Below are positions 52,425 to 64,000 of a stretch of DNA of 64,000 nt, piece after piece. The DNA comes from Octopus vulgaris (Eukaryota): assembly GCA_951406725.2 (NCBI GenBank), contig OX597820.1, positions 96,844,001-96,908,000 of the forward strand, written 5' to 3'. Position 1 is the first letter of the stretch. Every line of letters begins with the position of its first letter. The notes beneath the pieces were generated by a model. The model was not told the DNA's origin and ran no database searches. It was given only the letters and a program-made list of their open reading frames with translations. Made by a program: the position numbers and the translations under genes.

Positions 52425-53599
52425 AAGTGATCATTACTATTAAGCTTTAGTTGTTTGACCAGTAACCTTTTCTTTTACATGCCTCAGTCATTTGACTACA
52501 GCCATGCTGGAGCACCACCTTAAAACTGACACTTCCTATCACCAGGATATATTCCTTTGTGCTTATGATAAAGACATTTAACTTTTAAATAATCCAATAT
52601 TTGTATCAATAAAAACAAATACTCTATATACAAAAAAGTGTAACCCACAGTTAAAAACAGTGAGAACTCTATATAATTGCCCCCATTATGTATTTAACTT
52701 TGAAAAGCATGGGAGTATTTTGTGCTATATGCACCATAAAAATATTATATCTTCAAGTTTGTGCCTCTCCTATTGAATGAATTGTATGACTCTCATTTGT
52801 TTGTTTGTTGAATGTAGCTGATTAAAAGCGCAAGTGTTAGTCAAAATTTTCTCGTGCAAAAACTTGTTGTTATTGTTACTGGATCAGGTCTTGGATAGCT
52901 CCAAATTAATGGATATATACCATGAAAGGAGTCACAACATAAGCCAAATGTTTAAGAAATCCGCTTCCTAAATCACAAAGGCCTAGTTTCAATCTCACTA
53001 TGTGGCATCTTGGACAAGTGTCTTTTATCAAAGCCTTGAGTTGATGGAAGCCTTGGGAGTGAGATACAATAGACAGAAACTGTGCAGAAGCCTATAATGC
53101 AAATTTTATCTGTAATGGATTGTGTCTGTTATTCAATCTTGTCACATATTGTCATGTTGATTCTGTCAGAGGTTTATATTCAGAACACAGGTGTCAGTGG
53201 AATGCTTGGTCACTTACATGTTAATTCATTGAGCCAGTAATTAAGCTGATTAAACAACTAAATAGTCGTTGTAGAAACCAAATGGAGGTCCATTTACTAG
53301 TCAAGAAATTATTTTAGGGGCAGCATACATATTTGCTGAAACTATGTCATCCTAATGCTATTTTGTTCTCTTGTCTGTCTTCTATTTAAGTAAGGTGCAG
53401 AACTTATAGTTACTATTCTGTTACCAGTCTTCTCTTAAATTATTGAAAACATTGCAAGTTGTCCCAAAGAGAGATGGGTAAAGATGTGCTATGTTTGGAG
53501 TGTCTTGATTTCTTGAGATTTACTTGATGCAGTTGGTAGCATAGCAAGGACTTTTGAACAAATGACAGTATTAATAATATGCATATTTTGATATCAAGC

Positions 53600-54295
53600 A
53601 ATCTATTGAAACAAAAACTTCCTCAGCCTCCTATTGTAGCCTTTAGATGAAATAGAAATATAAGAGAACTATTAACCTCTACTTCTGACTCCAAGAAAAC
53701 TAACATTGGAGTTTCTGCATGCTGTACTTTGAAAAACAGCCACAAAAAGGTAAGCCCTGTTCATTATGTAACAACATGTGTCAAGTGAATTCCATCAGGA
53801 ATCATAACAGATTTGTTATGATTTACATGGAAGGTGAGACGTGTAGCGATTCCCATTTGGTGTATGCAGCAGAATGCACCAAACACCACTTGATTTATGG
53901 TGGTTGTACAACAGAACAATGAAACAAAAAATTCAATTGGCATAGATATGATATCAGGTACAAGAACAGTAGTTCAACAGAACTTACTGAACATCTTGCA
54001 TCACAAGGCTGCAGTTTTATTCTGAATCTGCTACGCTTTCAGTACTCAAAACGCATGAGGAGAAATGTTTGTGGATTATTAACATCACACCCTGGAGGAA
54101 TGAATAAAATGACAGGAGAATTTCCTCATATTTACACAAAACTGTTTGATTAAATATTCTTTTTCGTTTTTTTTCCTTTTCTTTTTCTCTCTTTTTCTTC
54201 TCTTTTTTCTTTTTCTTTTTGCCAGTTGTAAACTTGAAATTTGAAGACTGATAATGTTATTCCATCAACATGGGAACACTGGTTGCTCTCTTTCA
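53600..54295 (+). pseudogene. Penelope-like element 3' relic (GIY-YIG endonuclease plus decayed hammerhead)
   Basis: PQPPIVAFR*NRNIRELL, CSLC, TCSDSHLVYAAECTKHHLIYGG.T...F..HRYDI, TPGGMN. Downstream CTGATAA-TGTT..AACA-TGGGAA-CACTG-GTT at about 54248-54285. Confidence 0.8.
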
Positions 54296-54539
54296 TATTT
54301 TGGATTTGAATTTCTATAATTTTGAATTTTTATCACTTTTCATTTTGAACTTGACAAAGACATACTTGCTGTCGAAATATTTTTCAACCAATAAAATATC
54401 TATTGCAATCACATCGTGATGATGATGATGATGAAGAAGAAGAAGAAGAAGAAGAAGAAGAAGAAGAAGAAGAAGAAGAAGAAGAAGAAGAAGAAGAAGA
54501 AGAAGAAGAAGAAGAAGAAGAAGAAGAAGAAGAAGAAGA

Positions 54540-54880
54540 AGAAGCTGGCAAAACTGAAGAAAGAAGAAAAAGTGAACAACTATGATGAAGTGGAAATACA
54601 TAAGTTGTGGGCAATGAAGAAAGTAGATGTGATACCAATAGTAATTAGAGCACTTGGAAGTATCAGTATCCAACTACCAATGTGGATCAAAATGAATGGA
54701 ACAAATGTAAAGATAGAACACCTGTAAAAATTGACTTTACTTGGAACTGGAAGAGTACTCCACAGGATTCTTGAAGCATGACCAGTAAACAAGTGTCACC
54801 TTAGTCTCCTGGCTATGGACAGCTGACACATTTCCATCATACCCAGCAAAAAAAAGCTCAGTTTTTTTATGATGATAATG

Positions 54881-54921
<41 letters not shown>
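54540..54921 (+). pseudogene. Dong/R4-type extreme 3' fragment between (GAA)n and (TAA)n
   Basis: EKVNNY...EIHKLWAMKKVDVIPIVIRALG...LLGTGRVL.RIL. Confidence 0.8.
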
Positions 54922-54924
<3 letters not shown>

Positions 54925-55653
54925 CCTTTCTACTATAGGTACAAGGCCTAAGATTTAGTGGGAGGAGCTAGTCAATTATCTGAATTCCAGTACGTGTCTG
55001 GCACCCTATTTTCTCAACACTGAAAGTTTGACGGTAAGTTTGACATCAGCGGGATTTGAACTCAGAATGTAAAGATCAGGAAGAAATACTGCTAAGAATT
55101 TTGTTGTCCAACGCACTAAAGATTTTGCTGGCTCACCACTCTAATAATAATGATGATGATAATAATAACAATAATAACAATAATGATGATAATGACGATG
55201 ATGATGATGATGAAAGTTCAATTCAGTTTAATCTGATGGTAGTATTTGTGCCAGAATTCAGTTATACATCCAAAAGATTTTGTGAATGAAACATTCAACT
55301 TCTTTACCCTTGTTATCTGACATGCTGTTTTATATTCTGTTTTTTTTTTTTGGGGGGGGGGGGTTAATGAAGTACAATATTCCAAAGTGTTGAACTCTTA
55401 ATTATTTTCTATTCCTATTCATTTATTTATTTTTGTGTTATTTTTCATTCCTGAGATCTTTCAAAACTACTGAGAGTACTTCTGTATCATCACATGACCT
55501 TCTCAAGTTAGTCAAGTCTTTTTTTTAAACACCCATCTCAGAAAAGAGAACTTTATGACTCTTATAAAAAAAAATCTACATATACTGTGTGCCCATGTGT
55601 GAGTGTGTATGCTTATGTGTGTGTGTGTGTCAGTGCATGCATGTTTGTGTGTG

Positions 55654-55684
<31 letters not shown>

Positions 55685-56006
55685 ATGTATATATATATAT
55701 ATATATATAAGTCGAAACACGCATTGAGTCGAACCAGGGGCAGCTGATGAAGGAGAATTTTCCTTGTATTGTTTGTCCTGTACTCTGTTTTTTACGTTGT
55801 TAAAAAAAGTCTGTTTCCTTGTTTGTTTTTATGTTTTCGTTTCACATTGTGTTCTACGTTTATTTGTGGTGTCCTGTACTCATATATATATATATGCATG
55901 TATATATACATATAGATGTAAGTATGTACATATGTGTATGTATATATGCATATATTTTATTTATTTATTATATTGTTATTATATGTATATACATATGTAT
56001 ATGTAT

Positions 56007-56058
<52 letters not shown>

Positions 56059-58929
56059 GCACACATACATACATATACATATATATACTTGTGTATAGAA
56101 GTATGTTGGGTGGGGTATATAACAAATCTAAAAGGCCTGAATTCTATTTATAATATATACAAATATTGATCACGTTTTACATAAGACACGTCACAGCTGT
56201 TGTATATATTTTTCCTCCAAGATGTCATTCGTCATCATCCTCACCGCCTCTGTCACTCTGTCGCTGATTTCATCATCATCATCATCATCATCATTTTTTT
56301 TCTTTTTTATTCCACTGACTGTCTTTTTATTTCTGCTATTTTCACTAGTTATACAGGTCTGCCTAGTCTAAATGCCAACAGTTACAAGACAAGGTGTGTG
56401 GCAGGATTATTTTTACTCGTAGCAACTGGTGCAAAAGATTTGCTGCAAAGAACTTCATAGATTAACAGAACGATGTATGTGTGTGCGTGTGTGTGTGTTT
56501 GTGTGTGTGTGTGTGTTTGTGTGCGTGTGATGTGTGTGTGTGTATGTTTGTGTGTGTGTGTGATGTGTGTGTGTGTATGTTTGTGTGTGTGTGTGTTTAT
56601 GTGTGTGTGTGTGTTTATGTGTGCGTATGTTTGTGTGTGTGGGTGTGTGATGTGTGTGTGTGTATGTTTGTGTGTGTGGGTGTGTGATGTGTGTGTGGGG
56701 GGGTATGTAAGGGAGTGATGGAGCTGGAGAACATGAAAGTGCACCTGTACGTATTTGTGTATATGCATATGTTTGTAAGTGTATCTGTGTGTCTGTAAAG
56801 AAAGAAAGAAAGAAAAAGAGCATACATGTAAGTTTGGGCATATATGCATGTGTTTGTGTGCATGTGGTTGTGTGTTTGTATGTGTGTGTGTGTGTGTATT
56901 TGTTTGTATGTGTGCGTGTGTGCAAAGGAAAAAAGAGAAATTTTTGTACACGTAGGTCTGTAAGTGCATGTGGGCGTGCGTATTCATGTGTAGGGGGAGA
57001 TGGATCAAGAGAAAATGTGTGATTGTGTGTGCATGTCTGGGTAAACTACTCAAAATAAAGAAAATTCTAGTGTAGTAACTGAGCGTATAAACAAAGAGAA
57101 AAGCATGTATATCGAAACGTGAGGAAACTTTTCAAAAGGTTTCAAAAGATTAGCAGTCAATCAGACAGAATGACCTGAATATTTTTTGTTTCAGGAAAAA
57201 GATTAACATGACCTGAAAATGATGAGGCATGTTTATAGTACACGTTGAACAAGTCAGTTTTGTTTCTTCTTTAATACATTTCCTAGAGGCATTTTTTTAA
57301 AGCAATTCAGGGTTTATGATCATCATCATGGTTTTAAAATCATGTGCACCTAGGTGTTCCCAAGGAGTGTATTGTAAGGGCACACTGTCTTTGTAGGATT
57401 CGCCTGCTTTTTATACTCTTTTTCTTTCTTTTCCTTTTTTCTGGTGTTATATTAGTGTATAGATCAGTAACTTCTTTTTGGAATGGCTCACTCTCGGGAG
57501 GTTTTTTTCATTCATCTCCTCCACTCACTATTCCTAGCAGGGTCATGGAGGGTGGAGTAGAGTCTTTAAAAACCTCCTCCATAGGATTCTATCAGACACA
57601 ACCATCATTTAACTTTCCTGCCAGATTCTCAAATGTGACCATCTGAGTCCAACCATTTCATTATTGGTCTACCCCTAGGTCTTCTGCCAGTTGGCTTGTC
57701 CTGAAGAATCTATGTTTGATGGTGAATGAAAATCTATTTAAGGTGATGGTGAGTCAAAATGAGAGAAAAATTTTACCTGAACAAAGTTTATCCGTCAAAA
57801 TCATTTTATTTGTTACACAAGAGTATTATTGGTACCAAGGGAACTGGAAAATCTTGGGGAAAATGTATACCAGAGTCTTTACTAAAATTCAAGGATTTCA
57901 TAATAAAAGGTCTTTTTATTTTTCCATCGTGATCTGTAGCTAATCTCACATCTGATGATGAAAAAATATACATTTCAAATCCTTCTATTTCCATTATTTG
58001 TTTAACTTTTGATTTCATAAACAAAAAATTAAACCAATGGATCACAAATACATTAAATTTCAAAAAATAAAATAAGAAATGTCCAAAACCCACAAAGTAA
58101 AGTCATAATGGTCCATCTGTTGCTGACCCATGAATTAGTCTTTTCCTTGGTAAATAAAATATATATAATGTGGGTTGGATTTTTGTGTTGGACAGTAATT
58201 GGGTTGTGCATGTATTGTGTGAACTATTATGTGTTGTAGTGAGGCTTCTGCTAAGTTTCAAACAATCTCACATTGATCCACTGCTTAGAACCATTTCCAA
58301 ACTATATTGACATAAAAGCAAAGATCAGCTGCAAGAAATTAACTGTGTCACCATTACTGCTTAAGTAAACACAATTTGACCAATCAGTTCAGCTTGATTA
58401 TAAACAAATAGTAATAGACTTGTAAGCAGGCTTATGAATTTTCCCATCAAGCAATTCTGCCAAAAGTTCTAGAAGTTTTAACTGAATGTTATAAAACTGG
58501 ATATCAAACACCTGAACAAGAATATTTTATGCAATGAAGACTTGTTACTATTACATTCACAATCTCTTGTATACTGTTTATTTCAAAACATTGCTGTATA
58601 TGTGTAAATGTAAATGTTCCAAGTAGTGAAAAATATGGAAATATATAAACACTGGTCATTCACAGATTAATGACTATGACCAACTAAAATGTTATAATGT
58701 CAAATGGTGGTTGTATAGGGTATATATTTTGTGGATTCTTGTAACAATTGTTTAAAATATGAATTGTTGGTGATATCTGGGACATGTTACAGTATTGAGA
58801 GTTGGTTATGTAACAGTTATTTAATTGCGTTGAGTATGTTTTGAGTAGATTGTTTTCTATTGGTGGGAGATAATTCTTTGGAGAATTTTTGTGTAAGTTG
58901 TGCACAAAGAATATTTTGTGAAGTCTATT

Positions 58930-59700
58930 ATTCATTTGAAAGTGCCTTATGTAGAACACTGGATATGCTTAACGGGGATAATTAACTGGGCAATGTGGAG
59001 ATTTGTGAGCCTTGGTATAGTTGTTTATTTTTGTCTTCTTTATAATGTTCCACTTATTATTGGTTCAGTATTTAATTTCATAACCCTTAACTTGCTTATT
59101 TACATTTCAAGATCTCTGCGCTTTGATTGTTTCTCAGTTTCCTTCCAAGCAGTATTTTGGTCAGAAAAGATCAAATGTCTATCAGAGTACTGCGATTTTT
59201 TTATCTAACCCTTGATAAGTATACCTGAATGGTTCACTTTGATATCGTTGCCAGTTGGAGCCAGACCACCATCATGTACCGCATTTAGTATATGCTTATA
59301 CAATTGGCAAGCCTATCTGAATGATTCACTTTCACATCTTACCAATTATAACAAGGTCACTGTCATATACTGCAGTTGCTATATGTTTATCCCAGTTCTC
59401 AGTTTTCACATCAAAGTGTTGGCATATTCACCAAGGGATGTAGAAGTCACGCAAATGGGTCTGTGAATTTATTGTGACTTTGCAAAGACTGAGCAACTAG
59501 AAATTATGTAATCAATCATTTCATTGTGATGATTATAGAGTGTACACTTAATAGAGTTCTAATAAGCTTTTGTGAGTGGGAGAGAGGTTAATTAGGCAGG
59601 AACCTGTACAGTTAGTATCAAACCTTCTGTTTCTGGTGTGAATGCAGAGCTTTTGAGCCATTGCTAGCTTTTATGCTACTTATTTCCTCCTGTAGAGATT
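58930..59700 (-). pseudogene. Highly decayed Dong/R4-type relic
   Basis: Minus translation near 59662 gives QWLKSSAFTPETEGLILTVQ (compare QWLKSSGLKAETEGFILAAQ at about 42010), later RDLEM.ISKL and VLHKALS. Confidence 0.7.
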
Positions 59701-60354
59701 TGCAGAATATTAGCAACAGTATGGTTATTCTTTGAATTTTCTTTGGTATATTTTGAGACTTTCACTTTGATTTTGCTTTCTTCCAATTTTTAAACTTTTG
59801 TTTTGTTTTGATTTGTTTATATCATTTTTTACTGTGTAATTAGTTTCTAGTATGTATTTATAATTTCCTTATATGTAAAGAAACAGTTTTTATTTCATAT
59901 TTCTTCTTATTTTCTGTTAACTTTTGTTTGCTTTTTAATTATTTTACAGTTGTTAATTCACTATTTTCATCAAACTACATCTTCCCTCTATCTACATTTT
60001 ACCTCTATCATCTTTCGAGTGGTGTATCTTTGAAATGCTGTTATTATCTTTCTATTTGTCCAAACCCTTTGATTTACTTAACTTCTAATGTATTATACTG
60101 CAGCTGAAGTTTATAACAAGAATGACTGGTGTATTTATATCTCTTATCTTATTTTTAATATTATGCTGTTTTGATATTAGTTTGACCTAATGATTTTTTT
60201 TTGTAAGCTCTCCAGCTGGGTATTGTCCCTTGTAAATACTTTTAAAGCATCCGTGTAAAGGAGCAATGTTAACCATTAATGGTTTTATTCAGCAAATTTT
60301 TTATAAGGTCAAAGCTTGACAAAACAATAACTAGAATAAAGAGTTTCCTTGAAA

Positions 60355-60853
60355 CAATCCTCTTCTTATGAATACGATACTGGTTGTAATTATTGTCACT
60401 GCTTGCTATATATATCAAAGGGGACAAATTTTGTCTAGGTTTGTGACAACCAGGTACACATCATTGACAAAGCTCAAGAAAACTGAAATGCATTTGAAGT
60501 TATTGTGAGTCACTGCTCAGATGATGATTGTCTTGCTCCTGTATATAATTGTGCTTCTAACACAAGAAATTTTCTGTCAAGGAAAACCCACAGCAGCATG
60601 TTTTTCAATCCTCTTCTTATGAATACGATACTGGTTGTAATTATTGTCACTGCTTGCTATATATATCAAAGGGGACAAATTTTGTCTAGGTTTGTGACAA
60701 CACATCATTGACAAAGCTCAAGAAAACTGAAATGCATTTGAAGTTATTGTGAGTCACTGCTCAGATGATGATTGTCTTGCTCCTGTATATAATTGTGCTT
60801 CTAACACAAGAAATTTTCTGTCAAGGAAAACCCACAGCAGCATGTTTTTCAAT
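60355..60853. repeat. Near-perfect tandem duplication of about 250 bp
   Basis: 60355-60605 is repeated at 60606-60853, differing mainly by a caggta indel, with caat at the junctions. Confidence 0.9.
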
Positions 60854-61329
60854 GGTGTAGATATGTTAAGTATGGTACGCAATTGTCTATCTTTTCTTTC
60901 CCTTATAGTAAATATATTTGTTTTTAAATGATCAGCTATTACAATATTACAACAATAAACAAACAACAATTATGAAGATGATGATGATGATGATGATGAG
61001 TAGGAGGTTTGTTAGAAATAACAATGACCGACAACGATATCATTAATAATGCTGAATTTCTCTTCATGGTTGTTATCATACTTGAGAGACTATAATAACA
61101 TGTAACAAGACTCAAGACACACATATACGCAAACACATATTGAAAGACTTTCAGATAATTAAAAAAAAAAAAAAAAAAAATTCCGAAAACAAAAACAAAA
61201 AAAGTGTTATAATACCTGCAATAGTACACATTTATATATACATCATAAGTAAACATTAATATTTTAAGCTATCCCTGTTATTTATTATGCCTGACAGCTG
61301 TACCTTGACCCATTTTTCATCTGATCAAG

Positions 61330-61700
61330 CTTGATAGTCTATGCATCCAAGTGGCCCATCTGCCAACACCCACAGAACAAATGACTAGGTACACCATAGC
61401 TGATTATACACAGGCCAACACTAAGACTGAGCCATCTTCAGACATTTCTGGAATCTGAAATGCAGTGGTCCTTTTTTGTCAAGATTTCCTTGTTCTCTAT
61501 CATTCAGTCAGTGTGACAGGTGGTACATCAACTGGCAAATTCTGTAGAGAGTTAGCTGCAGGCAAAAAATGACGATATTCTCAATAAAGACTCTGAATGT
61601 CAATGAGAATCAGCTGAACAACCTCTTGCAAAGAACTTTCTGGGACTATGAGCAACTACCAGAAATCACTTATCTGGAATGACTATGGATGACATTGCTA
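61330..61700 (+). pseudogene. Possible ancient Gypsy-type integrase relic
   Basis: LIVYASKWP resembles VDAYSKWPE, and a later L.NLL...L..Y.AT-like segment is present. Heavily degraded. Confidence 0.3.
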
Positions 61701-62639
61701 GTTCAAGATAAACTCTACAAACATGGTAGTGCCATCAACTGGGTCTAATCAAGTTTGGTGCTGAGCAAGGTAGCTGTTTTGCATACACCCATTTAATGTC
61801 AGAGGATTGATGCTAAACAGCTGTTGTCCAGTATAGAATGAAACTGGCTATTGACCTAATCTCTCATGAGGATCAGCTTCTGCCTTCTTTTGGCCAAGTA
61901 GAGCAGGAAAATTTCCCTTTATGTATGGTAGGCAGGATTGACATTGAAAAGACTAAAGGTAAACACTTTACTCTTCTTCCAAGCCCTCATCAATTTCTTC
62001 AAATTTCACTTATAGAGGAAAATTACAGAAAGCACTTGCTAGTTTACTGCCTCATTTTGTTTTGTTATGGAGTTTAGCTAGGTGTTTCTTGTTTTATATT
62101 AAAGTTTATTCTATTTTGTGTGGTGTGTATAATGTGCTATTTTATTGGGCATTAATCTTGTAGAGTATGTTATATGTGAATCGTATTGTTTTATTGTATT
62201 AGGTACTTATTGTAATAGCTGTGTATTGTATGTGAAGATAATTTGATTTGAATTATGCTAATGAATTGATAATGTTGTGCACAGGATGTGGACTGTTCCT
62301 AGCAGAGCTAATTTTATCACAAAGAGCAGTGAGTCCCAACATGATTTTTATGTTTTTGTTCATATGTTTTGTCATATTTAATGAGCCAGTCATCATCGTT
62401 GTTGTTGTTATCATTATAATTATTATTATCATTATCATCATTATCATCATCGCTGAAACTCATAGTGAGAAGATGTCTTTTTCTTCTCTCCACAAAACTA
62501 TGTCTCTATTTCAAGAATTACTTTGTGAAAACTTTCATGAAGTAATAACTATTTATACTCAGCAAAGTGAAAATCGGAAAAACTAAAATAGATTTAAATA
62601 TTTAAAAACCTCATTGGAATCAATGATCCAATACTTGCA

Positions 62640-62960
62640 ACAGATAGACAAAAAATTTACTTTTATTTGCTTTTACAGAGTTGGTTTTATTTGCTCAAAC
62701 ATTTTGACCTCAATTCACACTCAAAATGTCTACCAAACACATTCACTGTACAAAGCAAAATATCATGTACAATACCTAAAAGACAGTAGAAAAACAAATT
62801 GCATCAGAGAAGAAACAATAAAGAAGAAAATGGTGAATATTTTGATAAGCAAATTAATAGAAGAAAAATATTTTGGATAGTCTAACAAATAATTTTAAAG
62901 ATAATACAGTTCTATATTTAAGAGATGAGGAATTATGTACATTACTTACATTATTTACAA
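62640..62960 (+). pseudogene. Possible PLE GIY-YIG relic joined to a PLE-type terminal repeat
   Basis: SLYKAK...EEKYFG resembles VVYKA...YIG. 62908-62960 matches 5580-5630. Confidence 0.35.
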
Positions 62961-63574
62961 ATGGATAGTGTGTATAATTTGCTATTTTGAAAAACAAAAA
63001 AGAATACAGGTGGAGTGGAACTGTAATCAAAAGTATTCTGGACATGATTATCCCATCTTTTATCTTATACTATAAGGTGATATTAAAAAATTTGGATTTT
63101 ATTTCAGACAAATAAAACTGCAATGTATAAGATCCCTCCTGGTGTTACTGTAACAAATGTAGGAGAAACAGAAATAAAGCCTGACTGTGGGATCAGAGCT
63201 GAAGCATGATAGTGAGTAAAATTTTGCCTGTCATTTGGCTTTTTTTTTTTAATCTGCTCTTGAATATTAGAGTATGTAGCAGTAGCACCATCCTGTATAT
63301 GTTGGCCTTATTTTAACTTTAAAAGACAATCTCATTAGTCTCCATAGAGATTCTTGTCAAGCATTTCTGATTTTAATCAGTTGTCACAGTCTATAAATGT
63401 AAATCTGCCATATTTCCATTTACTTAATTATTTCTGAAATTCTCTTATGTTGAAGCTCTGTCAATAATGTAAATAATGATTTTTGTCAATGGTGTAACAC
63501 AGCTGTAAGGCAACGAATGCTTTTTAGAGCAAACAGTCTATAAATTAACTCCTAGTATTTACTTAAGAGAGACA

Positions 63575-63925
63575 AGGTGTGGTTGTTGGCAAGAAATTTG
63601 CTTCCCAACCACATAGTTCCGGTTTCAGTCCAACTGCATGGTACATGGGCCAGTGTCTTCTACTATAGTCCCAAGCCAACCAAAGCCTTGTGAGCGGGGA
63701 TTTTGGTGGATGGAAACAGAAGGAAGCCAGTTGTGTGTGTGTGTTTGTCTTGATATTGAGAAATAGTTCTAAATGATTGTCACTGTCATACAAGCAGTAT
63801 CATTCATTTCCAATATGCTGCAAGACTATGTCTGGCCATGGAGAAATATCACCTTATTTGGAAACAGGTGAGGGCTGACAACAAGAAGGGCATCTGCCCA
63901 TTAAAAATCAGCCTCAACAAAAGTC
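63575..63925 (+). mobile_element. SINE family B (diverged)
   Basis: ggtgtggttg...cccaaccacatagttccggtttcagtcc...ccaaagccttgtgag. Confidence 0.75.
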
Positions 63926-64000
63926 CATGGGCATATGACGTAGTGGTTACAATAGGCATATGGTGTAGTGGTTAAGAGCACAGGCTACTAACCACAAGAT

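Noticed and set aside
57700-63500. Host gene exons in the microsatellite-poor region
   Set aside because: No convincing ORF or exon was found, and parts translate as decayed Dong/R4, possible Gypsy and PLE relics. Small exons cannot be excluded without RNA data.

Overview
This is AT-rich, repeat-saturated eukaryotic DNA. From recall, the SINE set and microsatellite load match an octopus-type (coleoid cephalopod) genome; this is an inference, not a database result. I found no intact host gene, rRNA, bona fide tRNA or CRISPR array, and almost all ORF-track entries are microsatellite or repeat artefacts. Mobile-element relics present: tRNA-headed SINEs, RTE-clade LINEs, a stacked same-strand cluster of Dong/R4-type REL-endonuclease retrotransposons in (TAA)n, Penelope-like element (PLE) GIY-YIG fragments, a full-length Tc1-like element with DD36E spacing, a DD37D maT element and a piggyBac-type MITE. 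The main unannotated signal is about 15 minimal type-I hammerhead ribozyme motifs (CUGANGA-stem II-GAAA-short, often palindromic stem III-UH), a handful near-intact and the rest partial or decayed. They lie in several unrelated short non-coding elements embedded in (TA)n and arranged either as fold-back inverted repeats or as terminally redundant direct-repeat units, suggesting a PLE-derived or retrozyme-like non-autonomous system.
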